IMG/VR virus record: IMGVR_UViG_3300037499_000115
Location: 1-28,817 of that record
From: a virus
Lineage: Duplodnaviria > Caudoviricetes
DNA length: 28,817 bases
Strand: one strand, 5' to 3'
How positions within the stretch are numbered: position 1 is the stretch's first letter; every line of letters starts with the position of its first letter. The translations under genes were made by a program, and so were the position numbers. Below are positions 17,191 through 26,295 of the stretch, piece by piece. The notes under the pieces were generated by a model. It made no database searches, was not told the origin of the DNA, and saw only the letters and a program-made list of their open reading frames with translations.

Positions 17191-17990
17191 CAGAGCACCA
17201 CCAGGTCATCGGGCGAGCCGATCGTGGCCAGCAGCGACCGGCCGGTTGAGTGCGCAGCGAACAGCGCGGTCGCGTCCCCGTACAGCCGGAACAGGGTCTG
17301 CGCCACCAGCGTCGACCCGACCACCTGAGGAGCCGGTGGAGTCACCACCGTGCACGGCAGGGTGAAGTATCGGCGGTCGGACCGGGCTGACCGGGTCCGC
17401 CGCGCCTGGTCAACCTGACCGATCCGCACGTACCCGCCCGGGAACGGGCACCCCGCCGGGGTGTGGATCAGCCACGTCCCCCCGGCCGCGACGATCACGT
17501 CCAGCTCCCCAGCCTGCGCCGCCGACTCTGCCAGCACCTCAAGCGTGAACTGCGCCGACAGGTGCAGGTCGCCGGTTCCCACGGGGGTGGACCGGCCGAC
17601 CACCGGGTGCGCCGCCGACCGGCCGGGCCTGGACACGTCGGACCAGTCCACTACGGTGATGGGCCGGTTGTTCGCCGGGTAGCGGAGCGACTTCAGCCAC
17701 GCCACACCGTTCAGGTTGACCGTGATGGATGTGGTGAACTGCTCCTGTTGCGCGTCGTCGGCGTCGTAGGACGTGATCCGGTACTGGTTGGCCGCGTCGG
17801 TGAAGAACTCATCATCGTGCAGCTGCGCACCCTCGGACTCCACCGGCAGCGCGAGCCCCCCGCGGACGGGGAACCACAGGGCGCTGTTCAGCGACCGCTC
17901 CACCACCGCGTAGGTGGCGTCGCCGCCCAGGGCGGTCGCGACCAGCTCGACGCGCGACAGGGCGCCGGTGTACGCGGCGGTCAGGCTCAA
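17190..17990 (-). CDS. Minor tail protein (distal-tail-like)
   Basis: Directly after the tape measure gene; WLKSL, HPVVGRSTPV motifs; TTGA overlap. Confidence 0.72.
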   Translation of the reverse strand: MSLTAAYTGALSRVELVATALGGDATYAVVERSLNSALWFPVRGGLALPVESEGAQLHDDEFFTDAANQYRITSYDADDAQQEQFTTSITVNLNGVAWLKSLRYPANNRPITVVDWSDVSRPGRSAAHPVVGRSTPVGTGDLHLSAQFTLEVLAESAAQAGELDVIVAAGGTWLIHTPAGCPFPGGYVRIGQVDQARRTRSARSDRRYFTLPCTVVTPPAPQVVGSTLVAQTLFRLYGDATALFAAHSTGRSLLATIGSPDDLVVL

Positions 17991-19774
17991 CGTGCACCCC
18001 CCATCCCGGCGTGCACCCGCCGGCTCACACCCCGGTTGGTCGCCCGGATCTCACCCCGCACCAGCCCGAGCAGCTGGCCCGAGTCGAGTACCAGCGTCCC
18101 CGTGAACTCGCCCCCACCGGAGACCAGGTCCTGCTCGCGGGTCAGGATCCGCTCACCAGCCCGGGCGAGGATCGGCACCTCCGCACCAGCCGGCCCGGGC
18201 ACCACCCCGCCGGAGTGGAATCGCGGCAGGTCGGGCGTGGACAACGTCATGCCGCCGATCTTCTTCCCGAACACCTCGATGGACGGCAGGGTGAAGCTGA
18301 GCCCGTTCCACTTGTCGATGATCCAGTTCAGCGCGTTGCGAAACGCGTCCTTGATGCCGTCCCACATCCCGCCGGCCGCCGAACGGATCCGGCCGGGCAG
18401 CGCCTTCACGAACTCAACCACCGCGGTGAACGCCGCAACCGCCCGATCCTTGACGCCCACCACCCAACCGATCACCTTGTCCAGAACACCCTTCCAGAAC
18501 CCGAAGTAGCGCTTGATCGCTTCCCACAGGAACCGCGCGGCGGCGACGATGCCAGTCCACACGCCCTTGAGGTAGCGCCAGACGAACCCGAACACCGCCA
18601 GGGTTACCTTCTTGATCGTGTCCCAGTTTTTGATGATCAGGAAGGCCAGGGCGGCTACGGCCAGTCCGATCAGGATGATGGGGGCGGCGGCGGCGATCGT
18701 GGCGATGGCAGCAGCGCCCGCCGAGATAGCCCACGCGATGAACGCGGGCACCAGCAGCGCGGCGATGGCGATCCCCACGGCCGGGATGATCTCCCGGTTC
18801 TTTTCGATCCAGCCGACCAGCCCGGCGATCGCGGGTACCACCTTGTCGCCGATGAACCGGGCAACGGCCTGCAGCTTCGGTACGATGTGCTCCCCGAACC
18901 ACGCTGCCATGTCCTTCAGCGCCGGGATCAGCTTCTCCTGTGCCCACTTGGCCAGGTCGCGCAGCCGGGGCACCAGTTCCCGCTTCACCCACTTCGCGGC
19001 GGTCTTGATCGCCGGAGTGGCCTTGAGGATCATCTCCTGGGCGAACTCGCGCAGCTTCGCCTTCCCGGTGGCGATCAGCCGCGACAGCGACCCGGCGCCC
19101 TTGGCGTACGCCTTTTGCGCGTCGGTCGACTTCTCGAAGATCAGTTCCTGGGTGGCGGTCGCTTTGGCCTGCGCCAGTGCCGCACCGGTCAGCCCCTCCT
19201 GGCCTTTCTTGGCCAGCCGCGCCTGAACATCAGCCTCAGAGATGGATATGCCGAGCTGCTTCAGCCCCTCCCGTTCGCCGAGCATGGCTTTGGCCAGGAT
19301 GTCGGCGACCCCGGCCGCGTCGACCGTGCCACCGGACCACTCCGACAGCGCCCCCGACAGGCCCACCACGTCGGTGGCCATCCCGGCGGCCTGCTTGGCG
19401 GAGAAGCCCATCGGCTTGAGCAGGTCGGCGAACCCACCGGCGAGGTTGACCGCTTCCCGGGACGTGAGCCCCATGGCGGCCGCATTCTTACGCGCCCACC
19501 TCTCAACCATGCCGATCTGGTCCTCGAAGACGGTCTTCGCTTTGGCGGCCTGCAGCTCCAGCGCACCGGCCTGCTGGACCAGCTTCGGCCCCAGCGCCGC
19601 GGCGGCGACCACCACACCGGCGAGCGCGACCGCCCCGGCTTTGGCCGCGGTCTTCAGCACCCCGCCGAGCTTGCCGGCGAACCCGCCCACGGCACCTCCG
19701 GCGCGCCGGGACGCCTTCTCGATGTCGCGGGTGTCGCCGGTAAACCGGGTCTTGATGGTGCGCACGCCGGACAT
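17987..19774 (-). CDS. Tape measure protein (595 aa)
   Basis: Ala/Gly-rich helical sequence, ADILAKAMLGEREGLKQLGI, periodic Trp/Phe, IIKNWDTIK, PRFHSGGVVPG. Confidence 0.93.
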   Translation of the reverse strand: MSGVRTIKTRFTGDTRDIEKASRRAGGAVGGFAGKLGGVLKTAAKAGAVALAGVVVAAAALGPKLVQQAGALELQAAKAKTVFEDQIGMVERWARKNAAAMGLTSREAVNLAGGFADLLKPMGFSAKQAAGMATDVVGLSGALSEWSGGTVDAAGVADILAKAMLGEREGLKQLGISISEADVQARLAKKGQEGLTGAALAQAKATATQELIFEKSTDAQKAYAKGAGSLSRLIATGKAKLREFAQEMILKATPAIKTAAKWVKRELVPRLRDLAKWAQEKLIPALKDMAAWFGEHIVPKLQAVARFIGDKVVPAIAGLVGWIEKNREIIPAVGIAIAALLVPAFIAWAISAGAAAIATIAAAAPIILIGLAVAALAFLIIKNWDTIKKVTLAVFGFVWRYLKGVWTGIVAAARFLWEAIKRYFGFWKGVLDKVIGWVVGVKDRAVAAFTAVVEFVKALPGRIRSAAGGMWDGIKDAFRNALNWIIDKWNGLSFTLPSIEVFGKKIGGMTLSTPDLPRFHSGGVVPGPAGAEVPILARAGERILTREQDLVSGGGEFTGTLVLDSGQLLGLVRGEIRATNRGVSRRVHAGMGGAR

Positions 19775-20235
19775 CAGCGGTCACCACCGTAGGCATCGAC
19801 GATCCGGTCGGCGACCTCGCGCCACGCCTTCGCGATGGTGGCCGCTTCCCGTTCGGCGACGGGGAAGAACCAGTACCCCTTGCGGCCGGAGTGGGCATGG
19901 TGGAACTGCCGGTGCTGGTTGGACCCGAACTCAGCCCCGAACAGCAGCCGCCACGCCGGTACCTTCCGCCGGCCCAGTAGCCGGTCGCCACCGGCGAGGA
20001 TCACCGGCACCCGGTCCCGCCGCGCCCGGACCGTCCGTGCGAGCAGCTTCGACTGGGGTGACTTGTCAGCCACCGCGGCGGCCTTGACCCGGGTCGCGAG
20101 CGCCCGGGCCAGCTCCATCGACCCGTCCTTGACCGCGGCGTTCGCTTCCTTCGGCAGCCGGTTGAGCGCCTTCAGCGTTTCCTTGGCCCCGTCGATTCGG
20201 ATATTCAGCGTCAGGGTGTCCTTCTTCTTGGCCAC
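19774..20235 (-). CDS. HK97 gp10-like neck/tail-completion protein
   Basis: IRIDGAKETLKAL...LFGAEFGS...GYWFFP. Confidence 0.65.
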   Translation of the reverse strand: MAKKKDTLTLNIRIDGAKETLKALNRLPKEANAAVKDGSMELARALATRVKAAAVADKSPQSKLLARTVRARRDRVPVILAGGDRLLGRRKVPAWRLLFGAEFGSNQHRQFHHAHSGRKGYWFFPVAEREAATIAKAWREVADRIVDAYGGDR

Positions 20236-20245
20236 CGCGCACCTC

Positions 20246-20436
20246 CTATCCGGACATCTGCTTTCCGCTGAACTTCCCGCCGGCCCCCCCCTGCCGGTCG
20301 TCGTGCATCTGGTTAATCACCTCTACCGCCGTCACGACCGCGCGGCCACCTTCTTCGGCCCAGACCGAGGGCGGGATGCCGGTGAGGACTGCGAGGGTGA
20401 CGAGGGTCCGGGCGAGTTCACCGGCCGGGTAGGGAC
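20246..20436 (-). CDS. Tail assembly chaperone -1 frame extension (GT-like)
   Basis: -1 frame after GTCCCTAC reads PYPAGELARTLVTLAVLTGIPPSVWAEEGGRAVVTAVEVI, with no start codon of its own. Confidence 0.7.
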
Positions 20437-20730
20437 CGCGTCGCCTCCCTCCTCCTCCTCCTCCTCCTGGTCGTCGTCTCCCTTCGGCTCCACCTGGTGC
20501 GTGGCGGCGAAGTCGTCGAGCGTGCCGGCGAACATGCCCTGCCGCCGGGCGGCGATCCATGCGATCCGGTACAGCTCGGCAAACCTCAGCTCCTCCATCG
20601 CCTGCTGGAGAGTGACCGTCTTGTTCGGGGTGGTCTTCTCCCACGTGTAGATGTCGCGAGTGTCGGCGACCACCCGGTACGGGTCACCCCCGTCGGGGGT
20701 GATCTCGAATGGCACGCTGAACGTGGCCAT
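20332..20730 (-). CDS. Tail assembly chaperone (G-like, unshifted product)
   Basis: Between major tail and tape measure genes; acidic tract followed by VPT at the presumed shift site. Confidence 0.75.
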   Translation of the reverse strand: MATFSVPFEITPDGGDPYRVVADTRDIYTWEKTTPNKTVTLQQAMEELRFAELYRIAWIAARRQGMFAGTLDDFAATHQVEPKGDDDQEEEEEEGGDAVPTRPVNSPGPSSPSQSSPASRPRSGPKKVAARS

Positions 20731-21230
20731 CACGCACCCAGGATGATCACGTCGTAGGTGACTCCGGTTCCGGACCCGGAGTTGGCGAAGTTGAGCAGGT
20801 CGCCGGTGGTCGGGGTGACCACCGCACCGGTCGCGTCCGGCGCCACCCACAGGAACAGCCCACCCGGGCGGACCACCACCCCGTCGCCCAGGGCGGCGAA
20901 CAGGCCAGGCACACCAGCCGCGCCGTCGGCGGTCACCACCACGTTGTTCGCGTTCGCCGCCGCGGCGGCGACCAGCAGTCCCTTGACCCGGGCGAAGGTC
21001 AGCGTGTTTCCGAACGCGTCGGTGAGCACACCGGCCAGGTCCAGGTCCTCATCGGTGGACGCGGCCACGGTCCGCTGGTCATGCCACAGGATGCTCGCCT
21101 GGTCCGCCCCGGTGCCCGACAGCCAGGTGAGCCGCTTCTCGTACGCCAGCGGGTCGGATGCGGTAGACAGGTCCAGCGCGTCAGTCAGGGTCGCCGCGAC
21201 CCGCAGGTTGATCTTCGTCGAGAGAGCCAT
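20730..21230 (-). CDS. Putative virion structural protein (166 aa, beta-rich)
   Basis: Coupled between major tail and chaperone genes; DLDLAGVLTDAFGNTLTFARVKGL. Confidence 0.65.
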   Translation of the reverse strand: MALSTKINLRVAATLTDALDLSTASDPLAYEKRLTWLSGTGADQASILWHDQRTVAASTDEDLDLAGVLTDAFGNTLTFARVKGLLVAAAAANANNVVVTADGAAGVPGLFAALGDGVVVRPGGLFLWVAPDATGAVVTPTTGDLLNFANSGSGTGVTYDVIILGA

Positions 21231-21652
21231 TACGCACCCACCCTTGTGTAGCCATCGGTCACGTCACCGATCACCTGCAGGGTGATCGAGGTCATTTCGG
21301 TCGCGCGGGCCTCACCGCCGACCGGCGGCGCCTTCAGCCGTACCGTCCCGGTCCAGCGGACATGCTCGGCCGCGATGTCGGGGTGGTGGTTCAGCGTGAA
21401 CGTGGCGTCCTCCCCGGAGTGCGACCACAGGAAGTCGGAGATTCCGTCCGATCGCCAGTCGCTGAAGAATTCCAACTCCAGCGTCGGTTCCGGGTCGGTC
21501 TCCTCCACGTCGGCCCCGTCCGGGCAGAACGAATACAGCCGCTCACCGTCGGAGATCCCAGGATCAAGGTTCCATGACTTGACCTGGCACTCAAACGCGA
21601 TAGCGCCCAAGCTGAACTCGATCAGCTTCAGCCGGCGGTTATGGATCGACAT
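21230..21652 (-). CDS. Major tail protein
   Basis: FECQV, YSFCPDG, SDFLW, WTGTV..PPVGGEA; position after the tail terminator; GGAGG SD. Confidence 0.78.
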   Translation of the reverse strand: MSIHNRRLKLIEFSLGAIAFECQVKSWNLDPGISDGERLYSFCPDGADVEETDPEPTLELEFFSDWRSDGISDFLWSHSGEDATFTLNHHPDIAAEHVRWTGTVRLKAPPVGGEARATEMTSITLQVIGDVTDGYTRVGA

Positions 21653-21655
21653 CTC

Positions 21656-22024
21656 TCACCCTCCCAGTGCCACGTCTACCTGGATCGCATACGACGGCAG
21701 ATCAGTGCTGCCCGCCGACCACGTTCCCGGGTCGGCCCGAATCACCGAACCGGCCAGGAAACGCTCATCGAGCGCCGCGGCCACCTCGGTCACCAGCCGC
21801 CACAGGTTTTCCATCGTGCGTTCGGTGGCGTCGACCACCAGGTGCACCACCCAGGTGGCGCCGGTCGGCTCGACACAGTACGACTCCCACGTGAGCGCCG
21901 GCGGCCCGACCACCGCCGTAGGGCCGGTAGCCACCGCCGCCGGATCAGCGGTCACCCGCAGCCCCTCCACCGTGCGCAGCACCGCCAGCAGCTGTGCCGC
22001 AGCATCGCTGACCACGCCGGACAT
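21656..22024 (-). CDS. Tail terminator-like protein
   Basis: GLRV..DP...PTAVVGPP..W, LPSYAI; position. Confidence 0.7.
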   Translation of the reverse strand: MSGVVSDAAAQLLAVLRTVEGLRVTADPAAVATGPTAVVGPPALTWESYCVEPTGATWVVHLVVDATERTMENLWRLVTEVAAALDERFLAGSVIRADPGTWSAGSTDLPSYAIQVDVALGG

Positions 22025-22386
22025 CAGCCCACCACCGGAAGCGCATGCCGGCCGATCCGCAGCAGCCGGTCGATGTCAGGGTCGAAGCTGGGCACCCGCC
22101 CAGCGCCCAGCTCCCCCATCTGGACCAGGCTGTCGGGGGAGCGCCGGCGGGTGTGCCACCGCGACGCGAGCCGCAGCGTGCCCAGTACCAGGTCCGCCGT
22201 CGGATCCGGCAGTGTCGACTCTGGGTCGGCCGTGTAGTTGAACTTCCACCGGACCCTCTGGACGAAGATCACCGCCGCGTCGAGCATCGGCTGCAGCCGG
22301 TCGTCATCGACGTCCAGCACCGCAGCATCCTCCCCGCGGGAGCGCATGTCCGCCTTCAGGTCGGCGAGGGTCGGTGGCCAGCTCAT
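22024..22386 (-). CDS. Head-to-tail adaptor (gp6-like)
   Basis: PTLADLK...GTLRLASRWHTRRRSPDS...DPDIDRLL. Confidence 0.85.
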   Translation of the reverse strand: MSWPPTLADLKADMRSRGEDAAVLDVDDDRLQPMLDAAVIFVQRVRWKFNYTADPESTLPDPTADLVLGTLRLASRWHTRRRSPDSLVQMGELGAGRVPSFDPDIDRLLRIGRHALPVVG

Positions 22387-22392
22387 CGGGTG

Positions 22393-22710
22393 CTACCAGA
22401 GCCGGACCGCGGCGACGGTGATCGTCTCGTGGTTCTCGTACTCGATCTCGATCGTCCGCCCGTGCACCCCGCCACCGCGTAGCGGGATGATCCCGGTTTC
22501 GCTGGCTGCCACGTCCACCGGGTCTGCCAGCCCGGTCACGGTGACCTCAGAGTCGGACACCGACCCGTTGACGACGATCAGCACCACGGGCAGCTGCCAC
22601 CCGCCCGCGTCCACCCCACCCGGGGTGACCGTGTCACCAGCCTCAGCGGCGCTTGCGAACGTGACCGTTCCGAGCCCGAGCCTGCCGTCCTGCACTGTCA
22701 GAGCCGCCAC
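22393..22710 (-). CDS. Hypothetical head-associated protein (105 aa)
   Basis: Beta-rich protein between capsid and adaptor genes; GAGGAG SD. Confidence 0.65.
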   Translation of the reverse strand: MAALTVQDGRLGLGTVTFASAAEAGDTVTPGGVDAGGWQLPVVLIVVNGSVSDSEVTVTGLADPVDVAASETGIIPLRGGGVHGRTIEIEYENHETITVAAVRLW

Positions 22711-22714
22711 GGCC

Positions 22715-23044
22715 CTACTCCTCTCCGTCGAAGGTGACCTGCGGGGCCGGTGCGTTGATCACGCACCGGTGCCTGCGCATGGTCCCGTCCTTGTTGACCG
22801 CGAACTCCCGGCCGCAGTCCGGGCACGCCACCCGGCCCGCTGCGGCGGTCTGTGCGGCCGGCTGCGGGTCGGGGGTATCCGGGGCCGCGGCAGGCTCCCC
22901 CGGCTCGCCCACGGCCGGCGTGGCGGGCGGGGCGGGCGGCTGCGGGCCGGCCGGCTCAGGCACGTCGGCGGCCGGGGCGGGCGCGTAGAGCACCCACCCC
23001 TTCCCGTCTCCGCGGTCAATGTAACCGCCGGCCCGGATCGCCAT
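22715..23044 (-). CDS. Pro/Ala-rich protein with a C-terminal zinc finger (109 aa)
   Basis: MAIRAGGYIDRGDGKGW...ACPDCGREFAVNKDGTMRRHRC; starts 2 nt after the capsid stop. Confidence 0.65.
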   Translation of the reverse strand: MAIRAGGYIDRGDGKGWVLYAPAPAADVPEPAGPQPPAPPATPAVGEPGEPAAAPDTPDPQPAAQTAAAGRVACPDCGREFAVNKDGTMRRHRCVINAPAPQVTFDGEE

Positions 23045-23046
23045 GG

Positions 23047-26000
23047 TCAGGTAGCCGACACGTCGTTGGTGACCCGGATCCCGGACAGACCCACCGGCCG
23101 CAGCACGTGCGTGGCGAAGTAGCCGAACAGTGCCAGGTCGATCACCGCCGGGCCGGACCGCTCCTCGTACCGGAACATCAGCGTCGCCGACTCCCACGCC
23201 CACGCGTCCGGCCGCGCCAGCATGATCGCCTTGGTGTCCGTGTCCGCGGTCCCCGACATCGACCAGGCAGGCACGAACGGCAGCCCGTCGATCGACCATC
23301 CCTGAGTGACGGCGTTGCCGAGCCCGGAAGCGTTCTGAGCGCCCACCGAAGGCAGCAGCGGCCGGCCGTCCGCGTCGACCGCGGTCGCCAGCAGGCTCGT
23401 AGCCTCCTGGTTGACCAGGCCAGTGGTCGGTGCGGCGAACCGGGCGAACGGGTACGCGGCCAGCCGCGCCCGCAGGTGCCGCACCAGGATGGCCCCGTCG
23501 TCGGCGTCGGTGACATCCACCGTGGACGCCTGCGCCCCCGACGGCACGAACCCGTTGGTGATGGTGCCGCCGGTTCCCTGCGTGGCATGGGTCAGCGCCG
23601 CGTACGCCTTCGCCTCAGTCTGCTGGGCGTAGCTCTCCCGCATCGCCTGCAGCGCGATCTGGTCAATCGCAGGGTTCGAACTGTCGACGATCTCCCGGGT
23701 CAGCTTCAGCAGCCCGGAGATTGCGCCCGGGGTGACGGTCTTGGTCGCCATCGTCAGGCTGCCGTCGGTCGGGTTGGTCCCCTCGACGTGGTCGTCGGTC
23801 GCGCTGGTCGCCGACCCGAACACCGGCACCACGAACGGGGTCGCGTTCTGCAGCGTGCCACGCGACAGGGCGTTGACCAGCGGCCTGCCCTGCGCCAGCT
23901 CGGGCACGAACAGGTCGGGCCTGTAGCCGGGCGGGATCACCTCGGACACGTTCGACGTCGATGCGGTGGTGAACTGCGCCCCGGAACTGTCCATGGCGTA
24001 CCGCAGCCGGGCGGTGACCACCTTGGCCATCTCCTCGGTCTGCGCCCGGAACTTCCGAACCCGCGCGGTCGCCTCCTCATCGTGGTGCATCTGCGCGAAC
24101 CAGGCGTCACGCACCAGGCTCGGGCCGCCACCGTTCAGCGTGTACACCGGCGCCTCGCGGGTGACCACGAACCGGGCCGCCCGCACCGGCTGCGGACCAT
24201 CCTGCGGGGTGGCGATGTCCTCAAGCGCCGCCTTGATCCCGGCGGACACGGACTCGCCGATGCTCTCGGTCAGCCCCTCCACCAGTTCCTTGTGGCTGGC
24301 GGCCATCGACTCGCCGACCCGGGTCACGTAAGTGTCCAGGTCGAACGTGGTGGCGGTCTGCCCGCCGGCGGCCGGCTTCTTGTCGTCGGGCATGGCGCCC
24401 TTCCTTCCGTCTCGTGTTGCTTTGACGCTCGAAACCCGGGCGTCATCAAACGCCGGCATGCCAGTCAGAGCCACACCCCGCAGGCTGGCCTGGCGCACCA
24501 GGCGAACCGACTCATCGGCGGGGTCAGGCTGCCAGCTGTCGCCGAGGTCATCGACGAAATCGACCTCGATCGAGAACCCGTCGAGGATCTTGTCCTCGGC
24601 CTGAGTCAGCACCCGGTCACCATCGGGACCGCGACCCACCTTGAAGGTGGCCATCAATCCCTTGTTGCCGGACTGCAAACGGGTGGCACGGCCGATCAGC
24701 GCGGTGAAGTCATGGTGAAGGTTGAGCTTCGTTCGGCTGGCATCCGTCCAGCGCAAGCTGTCGGGTGCGAACTTCCATTTGCTGAACCCTGACCTGGCGA
24801 CCTTGCCCCACGGCACCACCATCCCGGTGATGGTGCGCCGCTCTACGTCCACTTGGAACGTCTCGGCGACCTCGTCACTGTCGAACTGGACCCGGACCGC
24901 TTCGCCGTCGTCGGTGAACGTGACCGGCTTGGGATCGCTCATGTTCGGTGCCCTTCCGTTGGGCGCGGCCGGCGGGGTGGCGCTCGCGCCACGCTGGCGG
25001 GCGGTCGCCCGCTGCGCCGGAGTCAGCCGCGGCCGGTCCTCAAGGTCGCGGATCTCATCCTCGGTGTACGCGCCGACCTCAAGACCCACCTTGTACGTCT
25101 CCATCCGGGTCTTCGTGTCGCTGCGCAGGAACCCGCCGAAGCGGACCCGCGACACGTAGTTGCGCGGCAGCACGTCCCGCATGCTCAACCGGTCCTGAAC
25201 CGCCACCACATAGATGCCCATGGTGAAGTCGAGCAGGTCCTGCCGCCGCTGCTCCCCGTTCTGGTAGGTGCGGCTGGTGGTCGACACACCAAGGTCCTCC
25301 GGGTCAATCCCGGCAGCCCGGGCGATCTCCAGCACCGCGTGCTGGCGGGCGTCGGCCAGCTGCAGCTGCTCCGGCGACCACTGCAGGATCTTCGCGGTCA
25401 CGCCCTGGGTGTATCCCCACGCCCGGCTCGCGCGGGCCTCCTCCCACGCGTCCAGCAGCGCGTCGACCTCGGACCGCTCCGTACCGTCGGCGGCCGAGTT
25501 CGGCTGGTCAGACAGCCGTTCGGCGCCCTCGGCCGGCTCGAACACGCCCAGCGGAAGCGGGTCGTCGGAGTAGAGCGCCGCCGCCCGGTCCAGCTTCAGG
25601 CAGGTGCGGATTGCCCGCGCCGCGTGGACCAGCAGCGGCGGGTTCGGGCTGTCGAACCGGATGACCTCCCGGTCAGCGACCGGGAGCCCGTCGATGTACA
25701 CCTGACCGTCGGCGGGGAACGGCTGGTCCGGGCTGATCAGCTGGTGCGACTGCAGACCGCCCAGCGGCACCACGTGGACCGACTCGACCGGGACGTGCCG
25801 GGCCTCGACCGGGAAGCCGTGCCAGCCGAAGCGGGTCACCTTCCACCAGGCGATGCCCTCGAACAGCAGATCTTCGTAGGTCTGCGCCAGCACCACCGAG
25901 TTCGCTACGTCCGGGTCAATGTTGCCGCCCAGCAGGTACGTACCACCGGGGACCTCATTGCGGCCAGGGTCGATGACGGCGTGCGGCAGGCTGCCCAGGG

Positions 26001-26223
26001 TGCCACAGATCAGGTTCCGGGCGCGCAGCACCGCCGGTACCTGCAGCGCTTCCCGCCGGCTGATCCGCTGGGCGATCGCCCCGCCGCCGGACATCGCTTC
26101 CAACATCTCGGGCGGGATATCCAGCTGAAACTGACGGGCCGCGGCAGGGCGGGTCATGACCGCGCTGGTCGGAGACTGGTCCGGCGGGTCTCCGCCGAAA
26201 ATTCTCCGGAACAGGCTGGTCAC
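23047..26223 (-). CDS. Portal - prohead protease - HK97-fold major capsid fusion ORF (1058 aa)
   Basis: aa 1-427 portal (EALQVPAVLRARNLI, EIARAAGID, FLRSDTKTR, EDEIRDLE); aa 428-610 protease (NLHHD, DGFSI, PAFDDARV); aa 611-1058 capsid (VIPPGYRPDL, SGLLKLTREIVDSSNP, DADGRPL, IDGLP). Confidence 0.92.
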   Translation of the reverse strand: MTSLFRRIFGGDPPDQSPTSAVMTRPAAARQFQLDIPPEMLEAMSGGGAIAQRISRREALQVPAVLRARNLICGTLGSLPHAVIDPGRNEVPGGTYLLGGNIDPDVANSVVLAQTYEDLLFEGIAWWKVTRFGWHGFPVEARHVPVESVHVVPLGGLQSHQLISPDQPFPADGQVYIDGLPVADREVIRFDSPNPPLLVHAARAIRTCLKLDRAAALYSDDPLPLGVFEPAEGAERLSDQPNSAADGTERSEVDALLDAWEEARASRAWGYTQGVTAKILQWSPEQLQLADARQHAVLEIARAAGIDPEDLGVSTTSRTYQNGEQRRQDLLDFTMGIYVVAVQDRLSMRDVLPRNYVSRVRFGGFLRSDTKTRMETYKVGLEVGAYTEDEIRDLEDRPRLTPAQRATARQRGASATPPAAPNGRAPNMSDPKPVTFTDDGEAVRVQFDSDEVAETFQVDVERRTITGMVVPWGKVARSGFSKWKFAPDSLRWTDASRTKLNLHHDFTALIGRATRLQSGNKGLMATFKVGRGPDGDRVLTQAEDKILDGFSIEVDFVDDLGDSWQPDPADESVRLVRQASLRGVALTGMPAFDDARVSSVKATRDGRKGAMPDDKKPAAGGQTATTFDLDTYVTRVGESMAASHKELVEGLTESIGESVSAGIKAALEDIATPQDGPQPVRAARFVVTREAPVYTLNGGGPSLVRDAWFAQMHHDEEATARVRKFRAQTEEMAKVVTARLRYAMDSSGAQFTTASTSNVSEVIPPGYRPDLFVPELAQGRPLVNALSRGTLQNATPFVVPVFGSATSATDDHVEGTNPTDGSLTMATKTVTPGAISGLLKLTREIVDSSNPAIDQIALQAMRESYAQQTEAKAYAALTHATQGTGGTITNGFVPSGAQASTVDVTDADDGAILVRHLRARLAAYPFARFAAPTTGLVNQEATSLLATAVDADGRPLLPSVGAQNASGLGNAVTQGWSIDGLPFVPAWSMSGTADTDTKAIMLARPDAWAWESATLMFRYEERSGPAVIDLALFGYFATHVLRPVGLSGIRVTNDVSAT

Positions 26224-26295
26224 GCCAGCAGCTTACAGGAAGATTTCCTGCGACCATGTACACGGCCTGTAGCATTTCCTGAAACGGAGGAGACC
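26224..26295. promoter_or_regulatory. Divergent late promoter region
   Basis: Minus strand TAAGCT 6 nt before the portal GTG (leaderless geometry); plus strand TAGCAT then GGAGG before terS; CAGGAA-gat-TTCCTG dyad and a third TTCCTG. Confidence 0.6.

Noticed and set aside
18011-26295. Long plus-strand ORFs (e.g. 18011-19792, 22852-24792, and the 5' part of 24853-26610)
   Set aside because: Antisense shadows of high-GC genes, Arg/Pro/Gly-rich with no motifs; only the last 104 codons of 24853-26610 are real (terS).
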